Shown piece by piece: positions 1 to 15,515 of a stretch of DNA of 64,000 nucleotides. Made by a program: the position numbers and the translations under genes. Source of the stretch: Eledone cirrhosa (lineage: Eukaryota); NCBI GenBank assembly GCA_964016885.1, contig OZ024743.1:99076001-99140000 (forward strand), written 5' to 3'. Each line of letters begins with the position of its first letter. The first letter of the stretch is position 1. The notes beneath the pieces were generated by a model. It was not told the origin of the DNA. It searched no databases and saw nothing but the letters and a program-made list of their open reading frames with translations.

Positions 1-3000
1 CTATCATGGACTGTAGTTCCACTACTGTACAATAATATATCTATCATGGGGTGTAGTTCCACTACTGTACAACAATATATCTATCATAGGGTGTAGTTCC
101 ATTACTGTACAACAATATATCTATCTATCATGGGCTGTAGTTCCACTACTGTACAACACTATATCTATCATGGGCTGTAGTTCCACTCCTGTACAACAAT
201 ATATCTATCATGGGGTGTAGTTCCATTACTGTACAACAATATATCTATCATGGGGTGTAGTTCCACTACTGTACAACAATACATCTATCATGGGGTGTAG
301 TTCCACTACTGTACAACAATATATCTATCATGGGCTGTAGTTCCACTACTGTACAACAATTTATCTACCATGGGCTGTAGTTCCATTACTGTACAACAAT
401 ATATCTATCATGGGCTGTAGTTCCACTCCTGTACAACAATATATCTACCATGGGGTGCAGTTCCACTACTGTACAACAATATACCTATCATGGGCTGTAA
501 TTCCACTACTGTACAACAATATATCTATCATGGGGTGTAGTTCCACTACTGTACAACAATATATCTATCATGGCGTGTAGTTCCACTACTGTACAACAAT
601 ATATCTACCATGGGCTGTAGTTCCATTACTGTACAACAATATATCTATCATGGGGTGTAGTTCCACTACTGTACAACAATATATCTATCATGGTGTGTAG
701 TTCCATTACTGTACAACAATATATCTATCACGGGGTGTAGTTCCACTACTGTACAACAATATATCTATCATGGGGTGTAGTTCCACTCCTGTACAACAAT
801 ATATCTATCATGGGGTGTAGTTCCACTCCTGTACAACAATATATATATCATGGGGTGTAGTTCCACTACTGTACAACAATATATCTACCATGGGGTGTAG
901 TTCCACTACTGTACAACAATATATCTATCATGGGGTGTAGTTCCACTACTGTACAACAATATATATATCATGGGGTGTAGTTCCATTACTGTACAACAAT
1001 ATAGCTATCATGGGCTGTAGTTCCACTACTGTACAACAATATATCTATCATGGGCTGTAGTTCCACTACTGTACAACAATATATCTATCATGGGCTGTAG
1101 TTCCACTACTGTACAACAATATATCTATCATGGGCTGTAGTTCCAGTACTGTACAACAATATATCTACCATGGGCTGTAGTTCCACTACTGTACAACACT
1201 ATATCTATCATGGGGTGTAGTTCCACTACTGTACAACAATATATATATCATGGGGTGTAGTTCCACTACTGTACAACAATATATCTATCATGGGCTGTAG
1301 TTCCCCTACTGTACAACAATATATCTATCATGGGCTGTAGTTCCACTACTGTACAACAATATATCTATCATGGGGTGTAGTTCCACTACTGTACAACAAT
1401 ATATATATCATGGTGTGTAGTTCCATTACTGTACAACACTATATCTATCATGGGGTGTAGTTCCACTACTGTACAACAATATATCTATCATGGGCTGTAG
1501 TTCCCCTACTGTACAACAATATATCTATCATGGGATGTAGTTCCATTACTGTACAACAATATATCTATCATGGGGTGTAGTTCCACTACTGTACAACAAT
1601 ATATATATCATGGTGTGTAGTTCCATTACTGTACAACAATATATCTATCATGGTGTGTAGTTCCATTACTGTACAACAATATATCTATCATGGTGTGTAG
1701 TTCCACTACTGTACAACAATATATCTATCATGGACTGTAGTTCCACTACTGTACAACAATACATCTATCATGGACTGTAGTTCCACTACTGTACAATAAT
1801 ATATCTATCATGGGGTGTAGTTCCACTACTGTACAACAATATATCTATCATAGGGTGTAGTTCCATTACTGTACAACAATATATCTATCTATCATGGGCT
1901 GTAGTTCCACTACTGTACAACACTATATCTATCATGGGCTGTAGTTCCACTCCTGTACAACAATATATCTATCATGGGGTGTAGTTCCATTACTGTACAA
2001 CAATATATCTATCATGGGGTGTAGTTCCACTACTGTACAACAATACATCTATCATGGGGTGTAGTTCCACTACTGTACAACACTATATCTATCATGGGCT
2101 GTAGTTCCACTCCTGTACAACAATATATCTATCATGGTGTGTAGTTCCACTACTGTACAACACTATATCTATCATGGTGTGTAGTTCCACTACTGTACAA
2201 CAATATATCTATTATGGGGTGTAGTTCCACTACTGTACAACAATATATCTATCATGGGCTGTAGTTCCACTCCTGTACAACAATATATCTATCATGGTGT
2301 GTAGTTCCACTACTGTACAACAATATATATATCATGGGGTGTAGTTCCACTACTGTACAACAATATATCTATCATGGGCTGTAGTTCCACTACTGTACAA
2401 CAATATATCTATCATGGGCTGTAGTTCCACTACTGTACAACAATATATCTATCATGGTGTGTAGTTCCACTACTGTACAACACTATATCTATCATGGGGT
2501 GTAGTTCCACTACTATACAACAATATATCTACCATGGGGTGTAGTTCCATTACTGTACAACAATATATCTATCATGGGGTGTAGTTCCACTACTGTACAA
2601 CAATATATCTACCATGGGGTGTAGTTCCATTACTGTACAACAATATATATATCATGGGGTGTAGTTCCACTACTGTACAACAATATATCTATCATGGGGT
2701 GTAGTTCCATTACTGTACAACAATATATCTATCATGGTGTGTAGTTCCACTACTGTACAACAATATATCTATCATGGGGTGTAGTTCCACTACTGTACAA
2801 CAATATATCTATCATGGGGTGTAGTTGCACTACTGTACAACAATATATCTAGCATGGGCTGTAGTTCCACTACTGTACAACACTATATATATCATGGGGT
2901 GTAGTTCCACTACTGTACAACAATATATATATCATGGGGTGTAGTTCCATTACTGTACAACAATATATATATCATCGGGTGTAGTTCCATTACTGTACAA

Positions 3001-6000
3001 CAATATATATATCATGGGGTGTAGTTCCATTACTGTACAACAATATATCTATCATGGTGTGTAGTTCCACTACTGTACAACAATATATCTATCATGGGGT
3101 GTAGTTCCATTACTGTACAACAATATATCTACCATGGGGTGTAGTTCCACTACTGTACAACAATATATCTATCATGGGCTGTAGTTCCACTACTGTACAA
3201 CAATATATATATCATGGGCTGTAGTTCCACTACTGTACAACAATATATATATCATGGGGTGTAGTTCTACTACTGTACAACAATATATCTATCATGGGGT
3301 GTAGTTCCACTACTGTACAACAATATATCTATCATGGGGTGTAGTTCCACTACTGTACAACAATATATCTATCATGGGGTGTAGTTCCATTACTGTACAA
3401 CAATATATCTACCATGGGGTGTAGTTCCACTACTGTACAACAATATATCTATCATGGGCTGTAGTTCCACTACTGTACAACAATATATATATCATGGGCT
3501 GTAGTTCCATTACTGTACAACAATATATCTACCATGGGGTGTAGTTCCACTACTGTACAACAATATATCTATCATGGGGTGTAGTTCCACTACTGTACAA
3601 CAATATATCTATCATGGGGTGTAGTTCCATTACTGTACAACAATATATCTATCATGGGGTGTAGTTCCACTACTGTACAACAATATATCTATCATGGGGT
3701 GTAGTTCCACTACTGTACAACAATATATCTATCATGGGCTGTAGTTCCACTACTGTACAACAATATATCTATCATGGGCTGTAGTTCCACTACTGTACAA
3801 CAATATATCTACCATGGGCTGTAGTTCCACTACTGTACAACACTATATCTATCATGGGGTGTAGTTCCACTACTGTACAACACTATATCTATCATGGGGT
3901 GTAGTTCCACTACTGTACAACACTATATCTATCATGGGGTGTAGTTCCACTACTGTACAACACTATATCTATCATGGGGTGTAGTTCCACTACTGTACAA
4001 CACTATATCTATCATGGGGTGTAGTTCCACTACTGTACAACAATATATCTATCAAGGGGTGTAGTTCCACTACTGTACAACACTATATCTATCATAGGGT
4101 GTAGTTCCACTACTGTACAACAATATATATATTATGGGCTGTAGTTCCACTACTGTACAACTATATATCTACCATGGGCTGTAGTTCCACTACTGTACAA
4201 CAATATATCTATCATGGGCTGTAGTTCCACTACTGTACAACAATATATCCATCATGGGCTGTAGTTCTACTACTGTACAACAATATATCTACCATGGGGT
4301 GTACTTCCATTACTGTACAACAATACATCTATCATGGGGTGTAGTTCCATTACTGTACAACAATATATCTACCATGGGGTGTAGTTCCACTACTGTACAA
4401 CAATATATCTATCATGGGGTGTAGTTCCACTACTGTACAACAATATATCTACCATGGGGTGTAGTTCCATTACTGTACAACAATATATCTATCATGGGCT
4501 GTAGTTCCACTACTGTACAACAATATATCTATCATGGTGTGTAGTTCCACTACTGTACAACAATATATCTATCATGGGCTGTAGTTCCACTACTGTACAA
4601 CAATATATCTATCATGGGCTGTAGTTCCATTACTGTACAACAATATATATATCATGGTGTGTAGTTCCACTACTGTACAACAATATATCTATCATGGGCT
4701 GTAGTTCCACTACTGTACAACAATATATATATCATGGTGTGTAGTTCCACTACTGTACAACAATATATCTATCATGGTGTGTAGTTCCACTACTGTACAA
4801 CAATATATCTATCATGGGCTGTAGTTCCATTACTGTACAACAATATATATATCATGGTGTGTAGTTCCACTACTGTACAACAATATATCTATCATGGGCT
4901 GTAGTTCCACTACTGTACAACAATATATCTATCATGGGGTGTAGTTCCACTACTGTACAACAATATATCTATCATGGTGTGTAGTTCCATTACTGTACAA
5001 CAATATATCTATCATGGTGTGTAGTTCCACTACTGTACAACAATATATCTATCATGGGCTGTAGTTCCACTACTGTACAACAATATATCTATCATGGGCT
5101 GCAGTTCCACTACTGTACAACACTATATCTATCATGGGGTGTAGTTCCACTACTGTACAACAATATATCTATCATGGGGTGTAGTTCCACTACTGTACAA
5201 CAATATATCTATCATGGGGTGTAGTTGCACTACTGTACAACAATATATCTATCATGGGCTGCAGTTCCACTACTGTACAACACTATATCTATCATGGGCT
5301 GTAGTTCCACTACTGTACAACAATATATCTATCATGGGGTGTAGTTCCATTACTGTACAACAACATATCTATCATGGTGTGTAGTTCCACTACTGTACAA
5401 CACTATATCTATCATGGGGTGTAGTTCCACTACTGTACAACAATATATCTATCATGGGCTGTAGTTCCCCTACTCTACAACAATATATCTATCATGGGGT
5501 GTAGTTCCATTACTGTACAACAATATATCTACCATGGGGTGTAGTTCCATTACTGGACAACTATATATCTACCGTGGGGTGTAGTTCCACTACTGTACAA
5601 CAATATATCTATCATGGGCTGTAGTTCCACTACTGTACAACAATATATCTATCATGGGGTGTAGTTCCACTACTGTACAACAATATATCTATCATGGTGT
5701 GTAGTTCCACTACTGTACAACAATATATCTATCATAGGCTGTAGTTCCATTACTGTACAACACTATATCTATCATGGGGTGTAGTTCCACTACTGTACAA
5801 CAATATATCTACCATGGGCTGTAGTTCCATTACTGTACAACAATATATATATCATGGGCTGTAGTTCCACTACTGTACAACACTATATCTATCATGGGGT
5901 GTAGTTCCACTACTGTACAACAATATATCTATCATGGTGTGTAGTTCCACTACTGTACAACAATATATCTATCATGGTGTGTAGTTCCACTACTGTACAA

Positions 6001-6300
6001 CAATATATCTATCATGGTGTGTAGTTCCACTACTGTACAACAATATATCTATCATAGGCTGTAGTTCCACTACTGTACAACAATATATCTATCATGGGCT
6101 GTAGTTCCACTACTGTACAACAATATATCTACCATGGGCTGTAGTTCCATTACTGTACAACTATATATCTACCATGGGGTGTAGTTCCACTACTGTACAA
6201 CAATATATCTATCATGGGCTGTAGTTCCACTCCTGTACAACAATATATCTATCATGGGCTGTAGTTCCACTCCTGTACAACAATATATCTATCATGGGGT

Positions 6301-6968
6301 TGTTAAGGAACGGTTGACTGGAGCGATCGTCAACAGCAGGTGGTGGGTATCTCTAAAGAGAGAGATTAGAGTAGTCTCGATAGAATTTAGTAAGGTTCTA
6401 GCTGCGGATAGGAATAGGAAGGAAAGGGAGCTAATAGATAGAGTAGAAGAGGCAATTAGAAGCGGCAACGTGGCCAGAGTGCTAGCGTCGAGAACGGCTT
6501 TAAGCCAGTTTTTCGACGCGAAGCACGAAGGCTGCGTTGTCCGAAGTAAAATACGTGCTCTAGGGAACGAGGGGACCAAAGCTGTTAGCTGGGCCCGCGT
6601 GACAGAGGCCAACAGTGGAACTAAATCCACCATCCGGTCTTTGCGAGACCTGGATGGACGGGCGATTCTTGAGCCTAAGCAGATGTGTGAGGCCTTTCAA
6701 AGGCATTTGCCCGACTGTTCGGGAGGGGCGGGGAGCCGGTTGGGAACGTGGACTTCGGTCCATACCTCGACGGCCTGCCGCGCCTCTCGGACAGGGAGGC
6801 GAAGTCCTGCGAGGAGCCGATTTCGGCCGCTGAGATAGAGGACGTGCTGAGCCAATGCGGCAAACGCAAATCCCCGGGTCTCGATGGTCTTCCTTACGAA
6901 TTATATCTAGCTATGCCGGACTTGTTCCCCGATCTCCTCGAGGCGGTCTACTGCAACTGGCAACAGAA
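6301..6968 (+). mobile_element. Internal fragment of L1/Tx1-clade LINE ORF2 (linker to start of RT), copy 1, frameshifted
   Basis: Translation gives WWVSLKREIR...IRSLRD... and, after a frameshift, LPRLS...CEEPISAAEIEDVL...KSPGLDGLPYELY, the motif preceding L1-type RT; GGGGT on both sides. Confidence 0.85.
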
Positions 6969-7933
6969 GGGGTGTAGTTCCACTACTGTACAACAATATA
7001 TCTATCATAGGGTGTAGTTCCATTACTGTACAACAATATATCTATCATGGGATGTAGTTCCACTACTGTACAACAATATATCTATCATGGGGTGTAGTTC
7101 CACTACTGTACAACAATACATCTATCATGGGGTGTAGTTCCATTACTGTACAACAATATATCTATCATGGGGTGTAGTTCCACTACTGTACAACAATATA
7201 TCTATCATGGGCTGTAGTTCCACTACTGTACAACTATATATCTATCATGGGCTGTAGTTCCACTCCTGTACAACAATATATCTACCATGGGGTGCAGTTC
7301 CACTACTGTACAACAATATATCTATCATGGTGTGTAGTTCCACTACTGTACAACAATATATCTATCATAGGCTGTAGTTCCATTACTGTACAACACTATA
7401 TCTATCATGGGGTGTAGTTCCACTACTGTACAACAATATATCTACCATGGGCTGTAGTTCCATTACTGTACAACAATATATATATCATGGGCTGTAGTTC
7501 CACTACTGTACAACACTATATCTATCATGGGGTGTAGTTCCACTACTGTACAACAATATATCTATCATGGTGTGTAGTTCCACTACTGTACAACAATATA
7601 TCTATCATGGTGTGTAGTTCCACTACTGTACAACAATATATCTATCATGGTGTGTAGTTCCACTACTGTACAACAATATATCTATCATAGGCTGTAGTTC
7701 CACTACTGTACAACAATATATCTATCATGGGCTGTAGTTCCACTACTGTACAACAATATATCTACCATGGGCTGTAGTTCCATTACTGTACAACTATATA
7801 TCTACCATGGGGTGTAGTTCCACTACTGTACAACAATATATCTATCATGGGCTGTAGTTCCACTCCTGTACAACAATATATCTATCATGGGCTGTAGTTC
7901 CACTCCTGTACAACAATATATCTATCATGGGGT

Positions 7934-8601
7934 TGTTAAGGAACGGTTGACTGGAGCGATCGTCAACAGCAGGTGGTGGGTATCTCTAAAGAGAGAGATT
8001 AGAGTAGTCTCGATAGAATTTAGTAAGGTTCTAGCTGCGGATAGGAATAGGAAGGAAAGGGAGCTAATAGATAGAGTAGAAGAGGCAATTAGAAGCGGCA
8101 ACGTGGCCAGAGTGCTAGCGTCGAGAACGGCTTTAAGCCAGTTTTTCGACGCGAAGCACGAAGGCTGCGTTGTCCGAAGTAAAATACGTGCTCTAGGGAA
8201 CGAGGGGACCAAAGCTGTTAGCTGGGCCCGCGTGACAGAGGCCAACAGTGGAACTAAATCCACCATCCGGTCTTTGCGAGACCTGGATGGACGGGCGATT
8301 CTTGAGCCTAAGCAGATGTGTGAGGCCTTTCAAAGGCATTTGCCCGACTGTTCGGGAGGGGCGGGGAGCCGGTTGGGAACGTGGACTTCGGTCCATACCT
8401 CGACGGCCTGCCGCGCCTCTCGGACAGGGAGGCGAAGTCCTGCGAGGAGCCGATTTCGGCCGCTGAGATAGAGGACGTGCTGAGCCAATGCGGCAAACGC
8501 AAATCCCCGGGTCTCGATGGTCTTCCTTACGAATTATATCTAGCTATGCCGGACTTGTTCCCCGATCTCCTCGAGGCGGTCTACTGCAACTGGCAACAGA
8601 A
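7934..8601 (+). mobile_element. L1/Tx1 ORF2 fragment, copy 2
   Basis: ORF track identical to copy 1 at offset 1633. Confidence 0.85.
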
Positions 8602-11600
8602 GGGGTGTAGTTCCACTACTGTACAACAATATATCTATCATAGGGTGTAGTTCCATTACTGTACAACAATATATCTATCATGGGATGTAGTTCCACTACT
8701 GTACAACAATATATCTATCATGGGGTGTAGTTCCACTACTGTACAACAATACATCTATCATGGGGTGTAGTTCCATTACTGTACAACAATATATCTATCA
8801 TGGGGTGTAGTTCCACTACTGTACAACAATATATCTATCATGGGCTGTAGTTCCACTACTGTACAACTATATATCTATCATGGGCTGTAGTTCCACTCCT
8901 GTACAACAATATATCTACCATGGGGTGCAGTTCCACTACTGTACAACAATATATCTATCATGGGGTGTAGTTCCACTCCTGTACAACACTATATCTATCA
9001 TGGGCTGTAGTTCCATTACTGTACAACAATATATCTATCATGGGGTGTAGTTCCACTACTGTACAACAATATATCTATCATGGGGTGTAGTTGCACTACT
9101 GTACAACAATATATCTAGCATGGGCTGTAGTTCCACTACTGTACAACACTATATATATCATGGGGTGTAGTTCCACTACTGTACAACAATATATATATCA
9201 TGGGGTGTAGTTCCATTACTGTACAACAATATATATATCATCGGGTGTAGTTCCATTACTGTACAACAATATATATATCATGGGGTGTAGTTCCATTACT
9301 GTACAACAATATATCTATCATGGTGTGTAGTTCCACTACTGTACAACAATATATCTATCATGGGGTGTAGTTCCATTACTGTACAACAATATATCTACCA
9401 TGGGGTGTAGTTCCACTACTGTACAACAATATATCTATCATGGGCTGTAGTTCCACTACTGTACAACAATATATATATCATGGGCTGTAGTTCCACTACT
9501 GTACAACAATATATATATCATGGGGTGTAGTTCTACTACTGTACAACAATATATCTATCATGGGGTGTAGTTCCACTACTGTACAACAATATATCTATCA
9601 TGGGGTGTAGTTCCACTACTGTACAACAATATATCTATCATGGGGTGTAGTTCCATTACTGTACAACAATATATCTACCATGGGGTGTAGTTCCACTACT
9701 GTACAACAATATATCTATCATGGGCTGTAGTTCCACTACTGTACAACAATATATATATCATGGGCTGTAGTTCCATTACTGTACAACAATATATCTACCA
9801 TGGGGTGTAGTTCCACTACTGTACAACAATATATCTATCATGGGGTGTAGTTCCACTACTGTACAACAATATATCTATCATGGGGTGTAGTTCCATTACT
9901 GTACAACAATATATCTATCATGGGGTGTAGTTCCACTACTGTACAACAATATATCTATCATGGGGTGTAGTTCCACTACTGTACAACAATATATCTATCA
10001 TGGGCTGTAGTTCCACTACTGTACAACAATATATCTATCATGGGCTGTAGTTCCACTACTGTACAACAATATATCTACCATGGGCTGTAGTTCCACTACT
10101 GTACAACACTATATCTATCATGGGGTGTAGTTCCACTACTGTACAACACTATATCTATCATGGGGTGTAGTTCCACTACTGTACAACACTATATCTATCA
10201 TGGGGTGTAGTTCCACTACTGTACAACACTATATCTATCATGGGGTGTAGTTCCACTACTGTACAACACTATATCTATCATGGGGTGTAGTTCCACTACT
10301 GTACAACAATATATCTATCAAGGGGTGTAGTTCCACTACTGTACAACACTATATCTATCATAGGGTGTAGTTCCACTACTGTACAACAATATATATATTA
10401 TGGGCTGTAGTTCCACTACTGTACAACTATATATCTACCATGGGCTGTAGTTCCACTACTGTACAACAATATATCTATCATGGGCTGTAGTTCCACTACT
10501 GTACAACAATATATCCATCATGGGCTGTAGTTCCACTACTGTACAACAATATATCTACCATGGGGTGTACTTCCATTACTGTACAACAATACATCTATCA
10601 TGGGGTGTAGTTCCATTACTGTACAACAATATATCTACCATGGGGTGTAGTTCCACTACTGTACAACAATATATCTATCATGGGGTGTAGTTCCACTACT
10701 GTACAACAATATATCTACCATGGGGTGTAGTTCCATTACTGTACAACAATATATCTATCATGGGCTGTAGTTCCACTACTGTACAACAATATATCTATCA
10801 TGGTGTGTAGTTCCACTACTGTACAACAATATATCTATCATGGGCTGTAGTTCCACTACTGTACAACAATATATCTATCATGGGCTGTAGTTCCATTACT
10901 GTACAACAATATATATATCATGGTGTGTAGTTCCACTACTGTACAACAATATATCTATCATGGGCTGTAGTTCCACTACTGTACAACAATATATATATCA
11001 TGGTGTGTAGTTCCACTACTGTACAACAATATATCTATCATGGTGTGTAGTTCCACTACTGTACAACAATATATCTATCATGGGCTGTAGTTCCATTACT
11101 GTACAACAATATATATATCATGGTGTGTAGTTCCACTACTGTACAACAATATATCTATCATGGGCTGTAGTTCCACTACTGTACAACAATATATCTATCA
11201 TGGGGTGTAGTTCCACTACTGTACAACAATATATCTATCATGGTGTGTAGTTCCATTACTGTACAACAATATATCTATCATGGTGTGTAGTTCCACTACT
11301 GTACAACAATATATCTATCATGGGCTGTAGTTCCACTACTGTACAACAATATATCTATCATGGGCTGCAGTTCCACTACTGTACAACACTATATCTATCA
11401 TGGGGTGTAGTTCCACTACTGTACAACAATATATCTATCATGGGGTGTAGTTCCACTACTGTACAACAATATATCTATCATGGGGTGTAGTTGCACTACT
11501 GTACAACAATATATCTATCATGGGCTGCAGTTCCACTACTGTACAACACTATATCTATCATGGGCTGTAGTTCCACTACTGTACAACAATATATCTATCA

Positions 11601-12566
11601 TGGGGTGTAGTTCCATTACTGTACAACAACATATCTATCATGGTGTGTAGTTCCACTACTGTACAACACTATATCTATCATGGGGTGTAGTTCCACTACT
11701 GTACAACAATATATCTATCATGGGCTGTAGTTCCCCTACTCTACAACAATATATCTATCATGGGGTGTAGTTCCATTACTGTACAACAATATATCTACCA
11801 TGGGGTGTAGTTCCATTACTGGACAACTATATATCTACCGTGGGGTGTAGTTCCACTACTGTACAACAATATATCTATCATGGGCTGTAGTTCCACTACT
11901 GTACAACAATATATCTATCATGGGGTGTAGTTCCACTACTGTACAACAATATATCTATCATGGTGTGTAGTTCCACTACTGTACAACAATATATCTATCA
12001 TAGGCTGTAGTTCCATTACTGTACAACACTATATCTATCATGGGGTGTAGTTCCACTACTGTACAACAATATATCTACCATGGGCTGTAGTTCCATTACT
12101 GTACAACAATATATATATCATGGGCTGTAGTTCCACTACTGTACAACACTATATCTATCATGGGGTGTAGTTCCACTACTGTACAACAATATATCTATCA
12201 TGGTGTGTAGTTCCACTACTGTACAACAATATATCTATCATGGTGTGTAGTTCCACTACTGTACAACAATATATCTATCATGGTGTGTAGTTCCACTACT
12301 GTACAACAATATATCTATCATAGGCTGTAGTTCCACTACTGTACAACAATATATCTATCATGGGCTGTAGTTCCACTACTGTACAACAATATATCTACCA
12401 TGGGCTGTAGTTCCATTACTGTACAACTATATATCTACCATGGGGTGTAGTTCCACTACTGTACAACAATATATCTATCATGGGCTGTAGTTCCACTCCT
12501 GTACAACAATATATCTATCATGGGCTGTAGTTCCACTCCTGTACAACAATATATCTATCATGGGGT

Positions 12567-13234
12567 TGTTAAGGAACGGTTGACTGGAGCGATCGTCAAC
12601 AGCAGGTGGTGGGTATCTCTAAAGAGAGAGATTAGAGTAGTCTCGATAGAATTTAGTAAGGTTCTAGCTGCGGATAGGAATAGGAAGGAAAGGGAGCTAA
12701 TAGATAGAGTAGAAGAGGCAATTAGAAGCGGCAACGTGGCCAGAGTGCTAGCGTCGAGAACGGCTTTAAGCCAGTTTTTCGACGCGAAGCACGAAGGCTG
12801 CGTTGTCCGAAGTAAAATACGTGCTCTAGGGAACGAGGGGACCAAAGCTGTTAGCTGGGCCCGCGTGACAGAGGCCAACAGTGGAACTAAATCCACCATC
12901 CGGTCTTTGCGAGACCTGGATGGACGGGCGATTCTTGAGCCTAAGCAGATGTGTGAGGCCTTTCAAAGGCATTTGCCCGACTGTTCGGGAGGGGCGGGGA
13001 GCCGGTTGGGAACGTGGACTTCGGTCCATACCTCGACGGCCTGCCGCGCCTCTCGGACAGGGAGGCGAAGTCCTGCGAGGAGCCGATTTCGGCCGCTGAG
13101 ATAGAGGACGTGCTGAGCCAATGCGGCAAACGCAAATCCCCGGGTCTCGATGGTCTTCCTTACGAATTATATCTAGCTATGCCGGACTTGTTCCCCGATC
13201 TCCTCGAGGCGGTCTACTGCAACTGGCAACAGAA
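12567..13234 (+). mobile_element. L1/Tx1 ORF2 fragment, copy 3
   Basis: ORF track identical to copy 1 at offset 6266. Confidence 0.85.
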
Positions 13235-13959
13235 GGGGTGTAGTTCCACTACTGTACAACAATATATCTATCATAGGGTGTAGTTCCATTACTGTACAAC
13301 AATATATCTATCATGGGATGTAGTTCCACTACTGTACAACAATATATCTATCATGGGGTGTAGTTCCACTACTGTACAACAATACATCTATCATGGGGTG
13401 TAGTTCCATTACTGTACAACAATATATCTATCATGGGGTGTAGTTCCACTACTGTACAACAATATATCTATCATGGGCTGTAGTTCCACTACTGTACAAC
13501 TATATATCTATCATGGGCTGTAGTTCCACTCCTGTACAACAATATATCTACCATGGGGTGCAGTTCCACTACTGTACAACAATATATCTATCATGGGGTG
13601 TAGTTCCACTCCTGTACAACACTATATCTATCATGGGCTGTAGTTCCATTACTGTACAACAATATATCTATCATGGGGTGTAGTTCCACTACTGTACAAC
13701 ACTATATCTATCATGGGGTGTAGTCCCACTACTGTACAACAATATATCTATCATGGGGTGTAGTTCCATTACTGTACAACAATATATCTATCATGGGGTG
13801 TAGTTCCACTACTGTACAACAATATATCTATCATGGGGTGTAGTTCCACTACTGTACAACAATATATCTATCATGGGGTGTAGTTCTACTAGGCTTGTAA
13901 TATATCAACTAATCATAAGAAACTTCCATAAAACACTGGACAATATATGTCACATAATC

Positions 13960-14355
13960 ACTGACTACATGTAGGTGACACTCCGACTACATGTAGGTGA
14001 CACTCAGAATACATGTAGATTAAGGCCTCCATGCTTCCCGAGATCCGCTAACACTACAGCTAACACATACACACATGTACTTCCCTGACATTTGTGTATT
14101 ATTCTATGTACTATACATACACCTTTGACGAGTTGTAGTGCACCCGAGCACTTTACACAATAATTTCATTATTATTATTATTATAACACCCAGACTACAT
14201 GTAGTGACACTCAGACTACCTGTAGTTGACACTCAGACTACATGTAGGTGACACTCAGACTACATGTAGATAACACTCAGACTACATGTAGGTGACACTC
14301 AGACTACATGTAGGTGACACTCAGACTACATGTAGGTGACACTCATAGACTACAT
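13960..14355. repeat. 22-bp minisatellite (GACTACATGTAGGTGACACTCA), about 10 units, split by a retroelement 3' end
   Basis: Direct periodicity at 13960-14020 and 14185-14355. Confidence 0.9.
14021..14184 (+). mobile_element. Short 3' end of a LINE/SINE with (ATT)n tail
   Basis: Ends in ATTATTATT; homologous copy on the minus strand at 51341-51513. Confidence 0.7.
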
Positions 14356-15276
14356 GAACAAATCAAAACACCTTTGATATCTGAGGGGTAGAGAATGATA
14401 CTGCAGCCATATTCACAGTCCCGTCATTCAAACTAATACATCTGCAACCAGAGTCGCCAAGAGAAATTTTGCAAGGTTGTACAAGACTCCTTTGGGGCCC
14501 AAAACAGGCAAAGATTTTTTTCAAAATGGTTGTTGCATGGTTGCTGTGGGGGCCTTCTTAGCTCTTGGGCCCCAGGACAAAGTACCGGCTGAACCCCCCA
14601 CCCCAGAACATAACTACAACAATATGTTAAGAACATCATCTCTTTTACTCAGCCCAGACAAACAAAACAACAATGTATATAGAAATGGTTTCATTGTATA
14701 GATCTCACTAGCCTAAAAAACTGTGCCAACAATAGGTGCAGCTGTTGTAGCATTGTGTGCAACAGTGGCAACAGTGAAATACATTCCAGCTATCAGGCTG
14801 TACCCCATACAATCATCCTCTGCACTTCAGAAGGTAGAGTATGGATTTTAGCTAGACATATCTGAATCTATGGATCTGTGAACTGTACCTATTCCCCATA
14901 GATTGGCTCAACCAGAGCTAACCTGGGACTGCCCCTCCACCAAATGATAGAACTAATAATTTAGACCAAGGGTCCTGAAAGAGATCTGTATCAGCACCCA
15001 GGAGTTGATGAGACTAACCCAAAAATGTGACTGAACTTTTTGGACAAAAGCTGACGTTTGTATATGAAATGAAAGGTAGTAATGCTCTGACACTGTGTAA
15101 TCTGTGACTGGGGTGTATATTCAATATACAACTACAGCCAGGAAATGAAGATATAGGAAACACAAAATCACATGACTTGTGTCTAGAGATGAGAAAGATA
15201 AAGAATTAAATAAAACAGTTCCTTACATACTTTTTGGCCCCCTCCCCCCCAAAAACCCCAAAGCAAAACGTTCTTA

Positions 15277-15411
15277 ATGCTACCACCACCACCACCACTA
15301 CTACTACTGCTGCCGTTGCTGCTGCTGCTACTACTGCTACTACTACTACTACTGCTACTACTACTACTACTACTTTTTTACTACGGCTACTACTGCTACT
15401 ACTACTACTGT

Positions 15412-15445
<34 letters not shown>

Positions 15446-15515
15446 GTTACTACTACTACTACTACTTTTTTACTACTGCTACTACTACTACTACTACTAC
15501 TACTGCTACTACTAC
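15277..15515. repeat. (CTA)n/(CTG)n microsatellite, probably the expanded tail of the adjacent RTE element
   Basis: Trinucleotide periodicity abutting the 3' end of a minus-strand RTE. Confidence 0.9.

Larger units (their letters stand above)
1..13890. repeat. 40-bp satellite array, roughly 295 units (consensus CTATCATGGGGTGTAGTTCCACTACTGTACAACAATATAT); runs off the window start; interrupted by three LINE fragments
   Basis: Direct 40-nt periodicity with recurrent single-base variants; ends at GTAGTTCTACTA near 13890. Confidence 0.98.

Noticed and set aside
6254-7017. 194-aa and 89-aa ORFs as a satellite-LINE fusion gene
   Set aside because: The ATG and termini come from satellite units; it is a frameshifted LINE fragment with no expression evidence
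1-13890. CRISPR-like appearance (40-bp repeat with an internal hairpin and 'captured' foreign DNA)
   Set aside because: Units are head-to-tail with no unique spacers, there are no cas genes, the context is eukaryotic, and the three inserts are identical
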